Origin: Perkinsus chesapeaki ATCC PRA-425
Taxonomy: Eukaryota > Protista > Perkinsozoa
Assembly (NCBI GenBank): GCA_013115145.1
Contig: JAAPAO010000042.1
Span: forward strand, 1-64,000
DNA: 64,000 bases
Reading direction: 5' to 3'
Under the pieces are notes generated by a model, which had not been told where the DNA came from, ran no database searches, and saw only the letters and a list, made by a program, of their open reading frames with translations. Each line of letters begins with the position of its first letter. Within the stretch, counting starts at the first letter, position 1. Position numbers and translations under genes: made by a program. Shown piece after piece: positions 50,770 to 63,198 of the stretch.

Positions 50770-52454
50770 GAATTAGAATTAATAATCTCATAGAGACGAA
50801 GCTGCCGAGCATTCAAGAATTGTCGTATCAGGTTCGGGTTGAGAATAGGAAGTTGTTGGAATATATCAAGACCACTACAGAACAGTAAAGCTGCTTGAGC
50901 GAGGAAGCTGAGAGAATCGGGGAAGTGTCGTCTTTTAGGTATATTAAAGATGGAAAGGAATGGAAGAAGATGCTGGGAAAGTTAAATCTGCAAGCGAAAG
51001 ATTTCAAGTGCGTTGAGGAAATGCAAGTGAGGATAAGATTGCAAGTTTTTGCTATGGTAGTTCTGGTCGAGCAAAGACGGCGGAGTTAGTTAGGGAGTTG
51101 GAGATTGGCATTGAGAGACGGATGGAGGAATGGGTAAGAATGGCTAGAGGTGTCAGAATAATTATTATTACAGCGTGTGTATTGGGGACATCTTCAAATG
51201 ATCAAAACAACGTGTATGTATTTTTCCTGTCGGGAATTCCCCCATTTTTCCACCTCGTGGAGGTCGGTAAATTTGGCAGCACTAGGGGAATCGACTGGGA
51301 CATCCTACGTGATCGGAGAAATGTTAATTACACAGCGTAAAATCAAGTACTTACCTTTGATTACCGCGTATCTTAGGAGTAACTGCGATTGGCTTTAGTT
51401 CCGTATTTAACCGTCTTACCTTTTTTGAGATGGCTACGATTACCATACGATATTGCTTCTCATTAGACTTGATTCAAGTCTAATAATTAATGCAATTTAA
51501 AAATCTATTTATTCAAGCAAATATCAAGTCACTTGATATCGGCAGTGTTATGGGCAATCAAAGATTTTCTAATAATGTTACAGCACCCGCCATCTAAAGA
51601 CCGTTGAACATTACACGAGCCTCATGCGTTCCATCTTCACAGTTTTCAATTGGCGTTTTAAATACATGGTTTTGCGTATGGTGAACGCATTAGCGGGGTG
51701 CATGGAACCGTTTCTGGAATAAACGGGCGAGCGAAAATTTTTTACTGCGAGGAAAATTTCATGAAAATTTCGCGAAATTTTTGACCTTGTATTTAGAGGG
51801 GAACTGAAGAAAGATTCCAAAGAGAGATCGAAGCGTCATATAGTGCACGTGATGAGATGATTGCCGAGGCAGCTGGGTGCAGAGTTAAGATGGAGGAAGT
51901 TGAGAAGGAAAGGAGAGATACTGGTGAGAAGTTGACCGACGATGGGCAAAGTGTTCGAGGAATTCTGGTATGAAAATCTAGCATCTCTGAGCGGTCTTTT
52001 TGAAGCATTTGTTAGCGGAGCTCGATTACATATCGTGAAAGGAAAATACTGTGTTAAATTGCTTCACTTCAAGCCTAGCAGACACTCTATTATTCGATGA
52101 GAAGATGGAGTTCTTACCAGAACTTATTATCAAATTTCTGAATGCCGAAAATCTCCTCTTAAAATTCAAGTATATGCGGTTTTCGGTAGTAGAATTGACG
52201 TAGCTTCACTGCCGTACCAGTTGCGTTGGGAGTAGAGATAAACGGGCAGGAGCAACTCCGAATTATTTTGCGGATTTTTTCCGCGTTGCCGAAATTTCTC
52301 ATTTCGCTGACAGAAATGGAGTCATATTCTCATAGAAATGGATTTGGCATCTATCAAGCTCGAGTTCGGTCGGCGAGAGCGGGAACTACTCGATGAACTT
52401 TCGACAGTCACCACTCAACTTGCTGACACTAAAGAGGAGCTGGCCCAAGCGTAA
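50770..52454 (+). pseudogene. Second spliced coiled-coil gene, degenerate
   Basis: Exon-like pieces KDGKEWKKMLGKLNLQAKDF, ELEIGIERRMEEW, RFQREIEAS...KMEEVEKERR, EMDLASIKLEFGRRERELLDEL...EELAQA-stop. Internal stops are present. Confidence 0.4.
51744..51786. repeat. 43-bp inverted repeat arm pairing with about 53297-53338
   Basis: ACTGCGAGGAAAATTTCATGAAAATTTCGCGAAATTTTTGACC versus the reverse complement of 53297-53338, with about four mismatches. Confidence 0.8.
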
Positions 52455-53216
52455 TCTTGAAATCTTGCCAAATCTTGCATTTCCTCAACGTTCAGTTTGG
52501 ATACACTCAATTGTGTTGATGATAATGTTGAAGATGATTGTAACTATAATCTCGAATTTGGTGTGCCTGTGATTGGTCCACGGAAGTTGCGAGGAGAAGT
52601 TCTGTGTGTCGGATGCAGGTGAGGAAAAATGTGAAAGAAGTGGAATTTGGAGGAGTATCTTTTGAATTTTCAACTCCTATTAGGATTTCTGGTCCGGCCA
52701 TTTTTTATTTCATCACCTTTGTTTCTACAGTGCTCCAAATTAATCTGGCATAGCTGGCACGGGCGAATAACTCGCTTGCCTATGTTGTCAATAGCTGCCA
52801 TGAAACGGTCGAGAAATTCTGTGACAGAGGATGTAATATAGCTAAGCATGACATTATCCGATTTCATGGTTAAACTCGCTCTAGTCATTTCAAGGTTATA
52901 CTCCGAATTAATTTGGAGCGATATATTCCCCTTGCATCCATCCCGTCTTATTGATGAGCTCAACGGCTTGCATCGCAATTCATATTTTTGGGACCAAGTT
53001 GTTTTGAAATTCTGCAATCGCTCAAGACGTCCTTAGGTAGTATTGGCCTATCGCCGGGCGATAATCGCCCTGAGCCTGTGAAGCTCGCTTGCTGGTCACA
53101 AATGAGCCACTATCCCGTGTCGTCATTGCTCCGGTGTTGCCGTACTCGTTCAATCCTTACCCCCGACTGCGGCCCGTTGAGGTTCACTCCAATCGATGCC
53201 GAACGAAGAGTAAAAA

Positions 53217-53245
53217 TGCAGCTCCCTAGAATCGAACCGGCGTGG
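53217..53245 (-). pseudogene. tRNA-like relic (B-box plus oligo-T)
   Basis: The minus strand reads CGCCGGTTCGATTCTAGGGAGCTGCA TTTTT. Confidence 0.35.
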
Positions 53246-53379
53246 TCTTATCTTGAGCCTCGGATTGCACTCGGCAAAGACAACTGATGCTTCAGGGGTG
53301 AAAAATTTCGCAAACTTTTCATGAAATTTTACTCGCAGTGGGAAAAAGTAGTAGAAGTTTCGAAATAACATTTCTTCTT

Positions 53380-55663
53380 GACAGGCTTTCTACGTGTTCC
53401 AATTTTCAGGAACCGTGTTGTGTTTGCTGGTTATGGTCCAAAGACGGGCGCGTTAAAAGTATCGTCTGCATTACCGCCACCGAAGCTCGATGAAGTTGTG
53501 GATGATTTTATGGCCGATTATACCGATGCAAAGAGAAGGGTTAAATTGAGGAGGAATATCGAAAGGGTTGGTTGTTATCGATCAATCGGGCGCGCGCTTT
53601 TTACACCAAATCCGAATAGGCACACCGGGAAGCGGAGGGGAAGATAGGATCTCGAGGTGGCTCTGATGGGGAAAGAACGAGACCGTCTACGAGGTGAGAG
53701 GGAAGGATTCGATAAGGCTTGGGTGATTGTATTTGTGTTAGGGAGACAGGTACCCCACAGAATTGCAGACGATTACAGAAGAGAGCGGTATGGGAATTAA
53801 TGCATGCTGGAAGACCTTCGTCGAATTCTTCACGGTGTGAATTGCCCGTCTTATGGCGGAAATAATTTGCCTTATGTATCGAGTTGAGTAATTTCAATTG
53901 AAGATTTCCGTAGCGCGTGACTTTTGATGCCGCCTACGCCTTCGGGAGGGGAAGTTGGCAGCGGCGGGGGGCAACAGAAGGGTCAGCGATCGGGTCAGGT
54001 CTCTGGCGATCAGGTGCGAATGGGACACGACACAAAAAATCTGCACGCATACACAGGTACTTTCTTTCGACGTCATTGTATCGAAATCAGTGACGGAAGC
54101 CGCGGAGTTCCTACGAACGGCCCAGATGGGAATAGACCGTCAGAAGGTTAGCGGAGCGAATCGATTCATGTTTACCGTTTTTGTTTTCTAGGAATATTTG
54201 GCGCAGCGCGAGGCTGAGCTTAAAAGGGGTGAGACTAGATTGTTGAGAGGACAGAGAAGATTGAAAATGCAAAAGAAAAAACTACGGCGAATAATAAGAG
54301 GAATTGTAAGTGGATAGGAAAATCTACATAGTGCGAAAGATACGCGGATTTGTTCAAGTGCCGGATTTCGTACGGCATTTCGAGAAAATGAGAAAGACCT
54401 CTGAATGCGCGTGAGTGTTATTTTCTCACTCGTCACGAAATTGCATACAGTACGCGACATCTAGAGATGCGTGGTCTTTCAGCAATCGATTGGCATATCT
54501 CTCGATTCAAGTGGCTCTGAAAGGAGCGATTCATCAACAAGCAGCTCAGAGTCCACCGACGAGTTTGCTCGTAAACAGCAGAAGAAGCGCCCAGCTGGTC
54601 GGTCACGAACACCTGTGATGAACCGACGACCAACTAAGAAACGGAAAACGACAAACGAAACGACGGGAACAACAACTGACTCTAGGAAAACTGATAGCTC
54701 AGTTACAGCACCGGTGAGATGAATATATTGGTAATTCCGTGGCGCAGTGACGGTTTTAGGGACCATGCGAAGGTGAGGGGTCTCCGGGTGTGGTGGATCC
54801 GGCAGTGCAACAGGAAGAAAAAGAAGCGAAAGCGGCTGGCTCGTTCAACAGTGAAAATGGGAAGGTTTTTTGGAATAGGAGAAGTCGAGCCTGGATTGCA
54901 AGGTGAGGCAGTTAAGTGCACGCATGCACAAGAAGAGCATTACCAAGTCTACTCAGAAGGGTCTGATTCAATGTTGTCGAGGGTTTGTTGCCTCCTTCCG
55001 GTCCAGGAAAATATCTTCCTAGATCGGTTTGTGTTTTATAGTGGTATTTTTTGGTCCGGATATGTGAGGCTGAAAGAGTCCCATGGCCAGCGAGTCGTAG
55101 GGCAACACCAATGCTCCGAGAGGGAAGGCTTCCAATTCTTTATGGGAAAACAAATTCATGCAGAAAAATTAAGTACATCTTCGCATTGGGAACCTCTCGA
55201 CGCTTGAAGAGCTGTTGATCAGTTGGAAGGATGAGGAAAGTGGCGGTTGGAGGACGAAGTCGTTTAATCCCCGAACAAAGTATGACGGAAATGTCCAGTC
55301 GGCTCGAGACGATGCGATAGGTAGGTCCTTCTGAGATGGCGAGTTGCTGATTTAAGCGAGTAGTGTTCCTTACCGCGCGACCGAAAGTGAAATCGCCGGC
55401 GTCGAGCGATCCGACAAAGAAGGAGGCATCCTCTGGTGGAGAGGACGACGAAGAACACGAGGGGGAAATTCAAACCGAGGTATAATTATGTGGCGCAGTG
55501 ACTATTGGCATGGTATCTTGCTCAGATGCTTAATGGCGAAGATGCCGAGGAAGGAGGTAAGATTACACTTGGTGGCATTTTTAGAATAATCGCTAGTGGT
55601 GGAATGAAGATTGCATCCGGGGAGGCGTTTTCTGGGTTCACAGATGAAGAATGGGCACATTAA
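53380..55663 (+). CDS. Hypothetical multi-exon protein with Ser-rich, basic (NLS-like) and acidic segments
   Basis: GT/AG-bounded pieces SVTEAAEFLRTAQMGIDRQK|EYLAQREAELKR, SSTSSSESTDEFARKQQKKRP...PTKKRKTT, SSGGEDDEEHEGEIQTE, MLNGEDAEEG, FTDEEWAH-stop. Boundaries are uncertain. Confidence 0.35.
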
Positions 55664-58600
55664 ACAAATACATAGGAAAGGCCCATTTAAACGGGACTTG
55701 AAGGGAAACTAACATTTCAAAGTATTTCCGATTTTACGATAGGAAATCAGAACTCGGTTGGCATTAAGCATGTACTCCAATACTGAAAAAAATTATTGTT
55801 GAGGGCCCACTCGAGCGTGCTTTGCAAGTTCTCGAAAATTTCTAATATTTCGTTCTGCATGCCGTTGCAGCGATCGGCTGCATGCTCGCAGAAATGGCCG
55901 AGAATTCCCCTTGAATGTTCGAGACGTGGATTTTTACACCTTGTTGAGCTTCATGGCAGGTTCTCGTAAACATGATAATGAAGCGGAAGTGATTGATGCG
56001 ACATGGGTTGATCCCAGCAAACCATTGGTGAGCTTTTAATGGCAATTCATAATGGAGAGATGTCGAACCCGTAGAATCTTTATTGCGTTTTCTGCGTGAT
56101 CGGCGTTATCTCGACTTCTGTGGGTGATCGTGTAACACTTAACAATTCTTAACAAGGTCTTAACCGTCAATTCGAATACCTCTCTGAGAGATCGTCCGAA
56201 CGGTATTATATAAAATTATTGTCTTTGGAAATCTTTTGTAGCAACTCCAATTAACGGCTCAAGACTGCCGCATCACTTCTGCCGCATTCAGGCGGAATTG
56301 GGCCTCGCTCGGGCCTTGGGGGGTTTGCTCACGCGATGTATGCCCTTTGTTCGAAAGCTGGCAAATGTGTTATGACCGCGCGCCGCGAAATGCCTGCTTC
56401 AAAAATTATTGACAAATGTACAGATAGTAATTATCATAGGCGTAATAATGTACGCATTTATATTCCTATCCTGCAAATACTCCATGGTGTTAGGCAGCCA
56501 CGAACGATGGACGAGTTGAAGTTGTCGAGTGCAGCCTCGTGTCGTCCTCATCTTCATCTGATGAATCACCGAATCGTCGCCGAGCCTGATTACTGTTTAT
56601 AACATTGATAGTGTATCATTATTCTTGTCAAGTGCAGAGTTGGTCAATGAGCTACCGAATTGAAAGAGTTCACCGCGCGCAACGCCTTTATCCGTGAAGA
56701 ATGATCATTATCCTCACCAAGACATATTCAGACTGCACTTGTTGTATTTTCCAAATCATGTACGTTGGTGAGCAACCTGACACGCTTGATTCATCTTGTT
56801 ATATTTCGGATCATTCTTTATGCCGATATTTTTCCTCGCATTATTCTCAACACTTGTTGGTTCGATTTGGTCCGCCGACATCTTGGTCGATGAATACGCA
56901 AGATACGCGGTGAGCTTCCCACGGACAATCATTCCCCAGGAAGGGGTATTTCGTAACCTTCGTGACCTTGAGAAATACGAACGCAACTTGTCGATTTGCA
57001 AAGGAGTCCAAAGGAAGTGAACTTACAAGTGCAATCCTTGCGATTTGCCATCTCAATCCAACCCGTTTTATTCGTTCCCCAGGAGGCTTAATGGGGCCAA
57101 TTAAGGTTATGGCTAAATAACGCTTACTTGAATAACCTCAGATCATTCTTGAAACATAACCACGAGCTTTATCAAAATTAGAGCGGCGGCTTGCACCACA
57201 ATGAGTAACAACTACTCCTTTACGCAAAGCTTCGACAAATTATCTGCCGAATGCGAACTTTTATTAGAGTAGTTTTCCCATCTGTTCCGTCGAGTTGGTT
57301 GAACAGCTACCCGGTGGCGGTATAATAGATAGGGTAAAAGACGTGAACTTGTTAGTATCCAAACCAATTCAGAGGTATGAGAGTTGACTTAAGGCGAGCT
57401 AAATAGCTCTGCAGAGGATCGCCTTTGGCCATCTGAAATTCAACGATTGAATTGGTTCGTATTGGCCTGTGATTACCGTTCTTGCTACAGCAGCGGAGAG
57501 CTGCCACGCATTCCGACTCCCAGTACTCTTACTGAGCACGAATCGTAGGCAAGGTAGGGATCGACTTAGGTAGGGCTTTAGGAGCAACCAGATATCGATG
57601 CAATATCGGACTCCTGACGAAATAGATCCGTATGTCTCATCGAACTGTATGAAATATAGTCGCTCTCGGATTGGGGTTCTGATCAGGAGCCGGACTCCTT
57701 CATCAACATTACACCCTCCCATCGTGCTTGGTGGTACAATGATCTTGATAGTCTCATCACCTCTCGATCTGGCTCACATACGATTATCGTTATGTGGCTG
57801 ACAGAAGCCGAGGAGCTGGAAGCTGCCAAGTTGGGCATAACCAAGATGATAGTCTCAACGAGTTTCGTAGGTATATTACCGACCGGCATAAGGTGCAGAT
57901 CTTTGCACTGCTACCTCCGTTGGCTCGGCCGGAACAGACTTATCTTATTAGCTCTCCCTTGGGCTCTATGAAAAGGTTGTTTATCGCAGAGTATCCTACA
58001 GCGGAAGGTCCGAAAGCGACCTCGTTTGGAATCTTTAGCAGGCTGCTGTTCAGCCGACCTTCTCCGTTTTTTACGTCGAATTCGCTCGGCATGTGGCGCC
58101 CAGATTCTTCCCAGTGTACTTGAAGAATTCTCTCAGTTCATCACCGACGCATGTAAGCGGCCAGTGCCGCCGTCACGCGCCACAAAATGTTATCAGGTTA
58201 CGAGACTATCATAGAGAAACCCAAAGGAATCTCCCGAGCCAGAAATCGAAGTATCCCTTCACTCGTGCCCGTCGCGTGAAGGTCACTACAGATGTGGAAG
58301 CACCGCCCGCACCGTATGGCATGCCTCTCGCCGCGCTGTTGGCACTGCCGTCGGGGATATGGCCAACATCTGCGGCTATGGGGCTTGCTCAGGTTCGGCA
58401 AGGATTGCTGGGCGGAATGAGCGGGTTGGTCAGGTTTATGCTGTTTTATTTGATAGTCCTTTGGGAAGGGAATGCAGTAAAAGTGAAGATGTGTGGCGAT
58501 GTACGAGGGACGTAACAGAAGCTACTTAATATTTTAAAATTATCGAATTGAATTATAATTGCATTGTAAATCTTCAGGTTTGGCCCCGATAGTCGATCAA

Positions 58601-59446
58601 GCTGGAATAGAAATCCTAGATGATATTGCACTCATAGGGCATCAGTGTGAGATGCACGCTGCGACCTCAGATACCAACAGTTGTTAGGTACGCTCTCGGA
58701 GGACTGGTGTAGCTTTCAGGGCTACACTTTGCCCGGCGCAATCCAAGAATTCGAGCCCGAGTAGGTTCATTTTGGGTGTGCCGAAATGACGCGTCTGTTA
58801 GGTCGACATCCTCCCGATCGTCGAGGCAAGCTGATAAGATCGTCTGTGCTGTGGAGGAGTCGCTGGGCCTCGGTAGGCCATGTGATTCGCTTTCAACGAG
58901 ATCACGTGAGTAGGTCCTCAGACAGCTCGACGAAGGCTCCGGCAGGAATTTGGCGTCGATGAGGAATTGGATGGTCTCATGGAACTGCTCAAGGACGGCG
59001 CGTCATTAGACAATGACGGTTACGGTATTGTGTAGTTGAAGAACCCACTTAGTTAACATTATCGCAGATGAACCCTCCGGTGCCATTGACTGGGGTTCCG
59101 AGTTCGGGATTAATGTCGAGCCTCGTGGTGACGATGATATTTATGATGATTTAGCGATCGATGATGGCAACGAACATGAAGAAAGTCCGTTGAGGAGTTT
59201 GTGGATAGTATTATGCGCTCATTGATTGGGTGTGTGTCAGGTAGAGAAGAGAGCACGCCAAAGTTCGGCGCCAAAGAGCTGGAGCAGTTTAAATCAGACT
59301 TTGAGAGCGCCACTCAGAAGTTCTTGAAAAGTCCGTTTAACTAGTTCCGCTGTGGGAATAACTAGGCAGTCGTCTGATAAATCAACATTATCGGGGTATG
59401 GTATTATTAAATACTGAAAACCAACAAGCATTGAGATTGAAATATT

Positions 59447-59519
59447 TTCCGATACCGGGACTCGAACCCGGGTCGCCTGGGTGAAAGCCAGGTATCCTAA
59501 CCAGCTAGACTATATCGGA
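59447..59519 (-). tRNA. tRNA-Glu (TTC)
   Basis: TCCGATATAGTCTAGCTGGTTAGGATACCTGGCTTTCACCCAGGCGACCCGGGTTCGAGTCCCGGTATCGGAA. Acceptor TCCGATA/TATCGGA, anticodon stem CCTGG/CCAGG around CTTTCAC, T-arm CCGGG/CCCGG. Confidence 0.95.
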
Positions 59520-60879
59520 AGATGCTGAAAAATTCGACAGGTCAGGGTGCCTCACTACCCATGCTTCAGGACGAAGCGATACCCGGCTTGTCGCTCTTGT
59601 ATCGCCGGATACCAGTGCAGCTACGTCGGCAATTGCCGATAAGCTCTCTGAATCAGCAAATAAGGTAGACACTTCTTCACTCCAATTAATGTAAGGAGGT
59701 GTATTTCCCAGAGCACTATTCAGGCCACCATCCTACTGTCATCAGCTGAGCCCACTGAAGTCCCCCGAGGCAACGATAACATCTCAATTCTGCGTGTTAA
59801 ACAAACTGCAAATTGGTTGGGTGAGACTCACTACTGGATGACTTGGTTTGGTCCTACTTCAGACTTGCTCACTATGCCTTGGAAAAAGGCAAGGTTCAAC
59901 AGCATCTTCGTCGGTTTCAAAGATGTGTTCAGTATTTGGTCGAATGCGGTGATTCAATTGCCCTCTAGTCTTTCTCCCTCTGACACCTGTAATTGTCCGA
60001 TTCGTGAAAGTGAGTGAGTAAACCAGTCAGGCGTGGAAGCCTCAAAAGTCCTCGGAAGGATATCAGTCTCCATCTCGAAGTCCACAGACGAGCTAGTCAT
60101 TGAAGCACCTACATCGCCAGCACTGGTGATGCGATACTAACAGAACCTGCTGGAGTCACCCTATCAGATCAGCCTGCTAGAGCGCACTTTCCGTTCAAGT
60201 CATCTGCCTTGTATCCGCAACGTTTGGCTCAATGCAACACGAACGCTCACTGTTCAAGGAAGGTCATCGGAAGCGTGCGATCAAAGGTGCCTAATTCTCT
60301 CTACGTTCATCTATGAATTCTTGTCTGTTAGGGGAGACCTTACAACACTCATCCGTTTCACACAAAAGCCGGCCGACCGTATGGAAGGGTTTCTACCGAT
60401 CAGGTTTCTCCCTCACTTAGTAGGTTCCACCATTTCCTATCGTCCACACTAGTTGTCCTGAATCAGGACGTTTTTTCCTCTGAACGCATTGTTAACGCTT
60501 TGAAGGCCTTGGCGGGGAGCATCGGGGAATCCGAGGTTCTCGATAATGGGTCAATATCATCGGCCCATGCAGTACGTCATGCGCGTGCGTGCAGATACAT
60601 TGTGTGGGTGACAGAATCAGAATCCAAGTCTTTCATAGAAGAAATCGGTATGAGACTCGAGGACAAGGATTACGATTTCTCCAAACCAGCTCGGAAGAAG
60701 TAGACACTCTCCTTACCACCACATGTGAAGCCTCTCGTATAGGGCGACTAGTTGGTGGGCAAAAGGCTCTTCCCAAGATGACGGGAAGGCGGCTTCGGTT
60801 GCAACACGTCAACACGGCTTGGGTCTGATTGTTATTATCGGCAAGGGTGTGTGAGCTCTCATTGTGTCTCGAACAGTAT

Positions 60880-62313
60880 GCAGTTGCTGTCAAAGCGAGA
60901 GGAATAGTCGGTCACACGATAGCAGAATACCGAGTGAATCAAATAACGAAAACGAACGAAGCTGCTGCGGTGCTACGGCACTTCCAAGCTCTGACGGCCG
61001 GCGTAACTGACAATGGCAGATTCTCCTTTGTCGAGTGGGGCTCAGGAGAAGGTGAGCTGGCTGCTACTTCTGTAACGGTTAGATGACGTTGTGGTCAGGG
61101 CACTTGTCGATGGCCATGTCACAAGCCTTTCCCGAGGCGACGATCATCTCTGTGGAATCTGATAAACGATCTTCGGTAACTTGAATCAAAGGAGGTGCTT
61201 CTTAATGAGTTACCAGGAGAGACATAGGGCAGCTGGAGCCTCCTTCGTCAAGTCGACGGGCCTGACCAACAATATAGTGTGTAACGGCGACACCACCGAG
61301 GACACAGCTCAGGACCTAGCTGACTGGTCACTAAAACGCCACGTTCTCTTTCCATCTTCGCCCGTTCAGCCCTGAACTGTTCCGATTCCAATGGATTGGC
61401 CAGAAGGTTAGTAGTCCTCGATTAGCGGGGGCATTTGCGAGCAGTGCCTTGACGACGCTCATACCGTTGAGAGCAGGGTCAGCGGTGAGGCCTTCTGTCC
61501 AGTGCAGAACACTCTCTACCAATCCTCAGACATCGTTCCTTCTGACTCTCGTCACTGGGCGTAACATAGGACCGGCTGAGCTCGTGACATCTCGGTTCAT
61601 CGATCGCTACACTACTAGGTTCATAGGTAGCAGAGGTATAGGAGCTACTTGTCATCGCTTACCAGAACCGCACATAACTTCCGATACTGTTCTAAACTGC
61701 AGTTGGTTTGGTGGTGGCCCGCAGTTGGGTATCATTCAATGCGACCTGATAAGATCGTCCCGACAAGTAGGATGCTATTGGAAGTGACAATAGATGCCAA
61801 AACCTGTCAAGGTGCATCACCATTTTAAGTGGTATAAAGATGGCCACAAGCGAACATACACGATGAAGATAATACCGGTGCGGCAAAGTCTTACTAAGCA
61901 ACTTGGCGCCACGTCCGCGGTTGGAGGAGTAAGAGTATGCAATTGTTGAAGGCATATTACGATTTGTTTTGAAGGACTGGCGCCAATCGCTGACTCGCCG
62001 GTCTAAAGTCGATGTCGATAACTTGTATGTGGTTGGAGACAACGTACTCAATGTCACCCTGTATCGGGACAAGGACAAATCGCCAATTCCCTACAGTGGG
62101 AGAGAATATCTGTTGTCCATGCGAAATGCTTCTGCTAGTTGCCCCTCTTCGCGCGGTGACGTTGATACTAATAATGCGGCTTGGTCTGTCGTCCGTTGCC
62201 AAGGAAATGCTGTACAAGGAGTTCCTCAGTTTACCACTGTAACCACCGAAGGATTGACAGCAATCGTTAGTCTTCTTAAAGATATGAAGATATGGCACCC
62301 TGGAATATCGTAG
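60880..62313 (+). pseudogene. Class I SAM-dependent methyltransferase-like gene, spliced, partly degenerate
   Basis: Splicing gives FSFVEWGSGEG|HLSMAMSQAFPEATIISVESDK (motif I plus an acidic end of strand 2). A downstream ORF piece lies at 61969-62313. Overall extent is uncertain. Confidence 0.45.
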
Positions 62314-63198
62314 CGGTCGGCAATAGATTGGATTATATCGATTATGATAGTCGAGGGAAGACATTCACAAAGGCAGTCCAGCAAGCGTATATGGCATTGA
62401 CTATTCTTGCCAACTATAAAGTACGTTCTCATTCTGCTGAGCAAAGATAGGCTCCCTTTAGCGTACTATCGAGGACTTTGGCCACTGCGATCGAAGCAAG
62501 GCTAAGGTGACTGCCGGCTATGACTTCTTCCCCTATATTCACGAATGTGTTGGAAACTCAAAGTTTAAGGGACCATGCAAGTCTCCAGAACTACCAGTGC
62601 CATGTGCCGACGGCAAGTGAGTTGACTGTCTTTCCATTATTGTCTGAAGTGCGTTGCCGCCAATGCCATTAGCGACCCGCCATTCCTGTCTGTAATTGGC
62701 TCGTTGGATGTTCGGAAAGGCGAAGTGAATTGTTTTTCAGGTGCCACCCCGATATGATTAGCTGTCTTCGGGCGCGAGCTGGAGTGACCGAAAAGCTTCC
62801 TGCAGACTAACCTCGCGCGCCCCACAAATGCTGCCTTTCGCTCACTTTCCAGACTAACATGTCTTTTGCGTTACCTGGTAACAGAGAATCGAAAATTCTG
62901 CATGGGAGAGATTCTGCGTGCAAAACGGAGACTTCCATCCGAATGAAAGGGGGCATAAAAGCGAGACGTATAATATCTTATCTCTGAAGAGTGCTAGCGA
63001 ACCCAAGAGGCATCCGCTCTCAATCACCTGTGAGTCTTGACCTATCGAAAACAGAACCAAGAGCCCAGATGCTGTAGTGAGCATCTGGCCCGAGCGCAGT
63101 AAACACCGAAGTCCTCGCTTGGAGGAGACGGCACGCCATCTGCCGTTTCATCTGGCGTCTCCTTCAACAAATTAGCTTGTTCATTAACGTCTCCAAAA

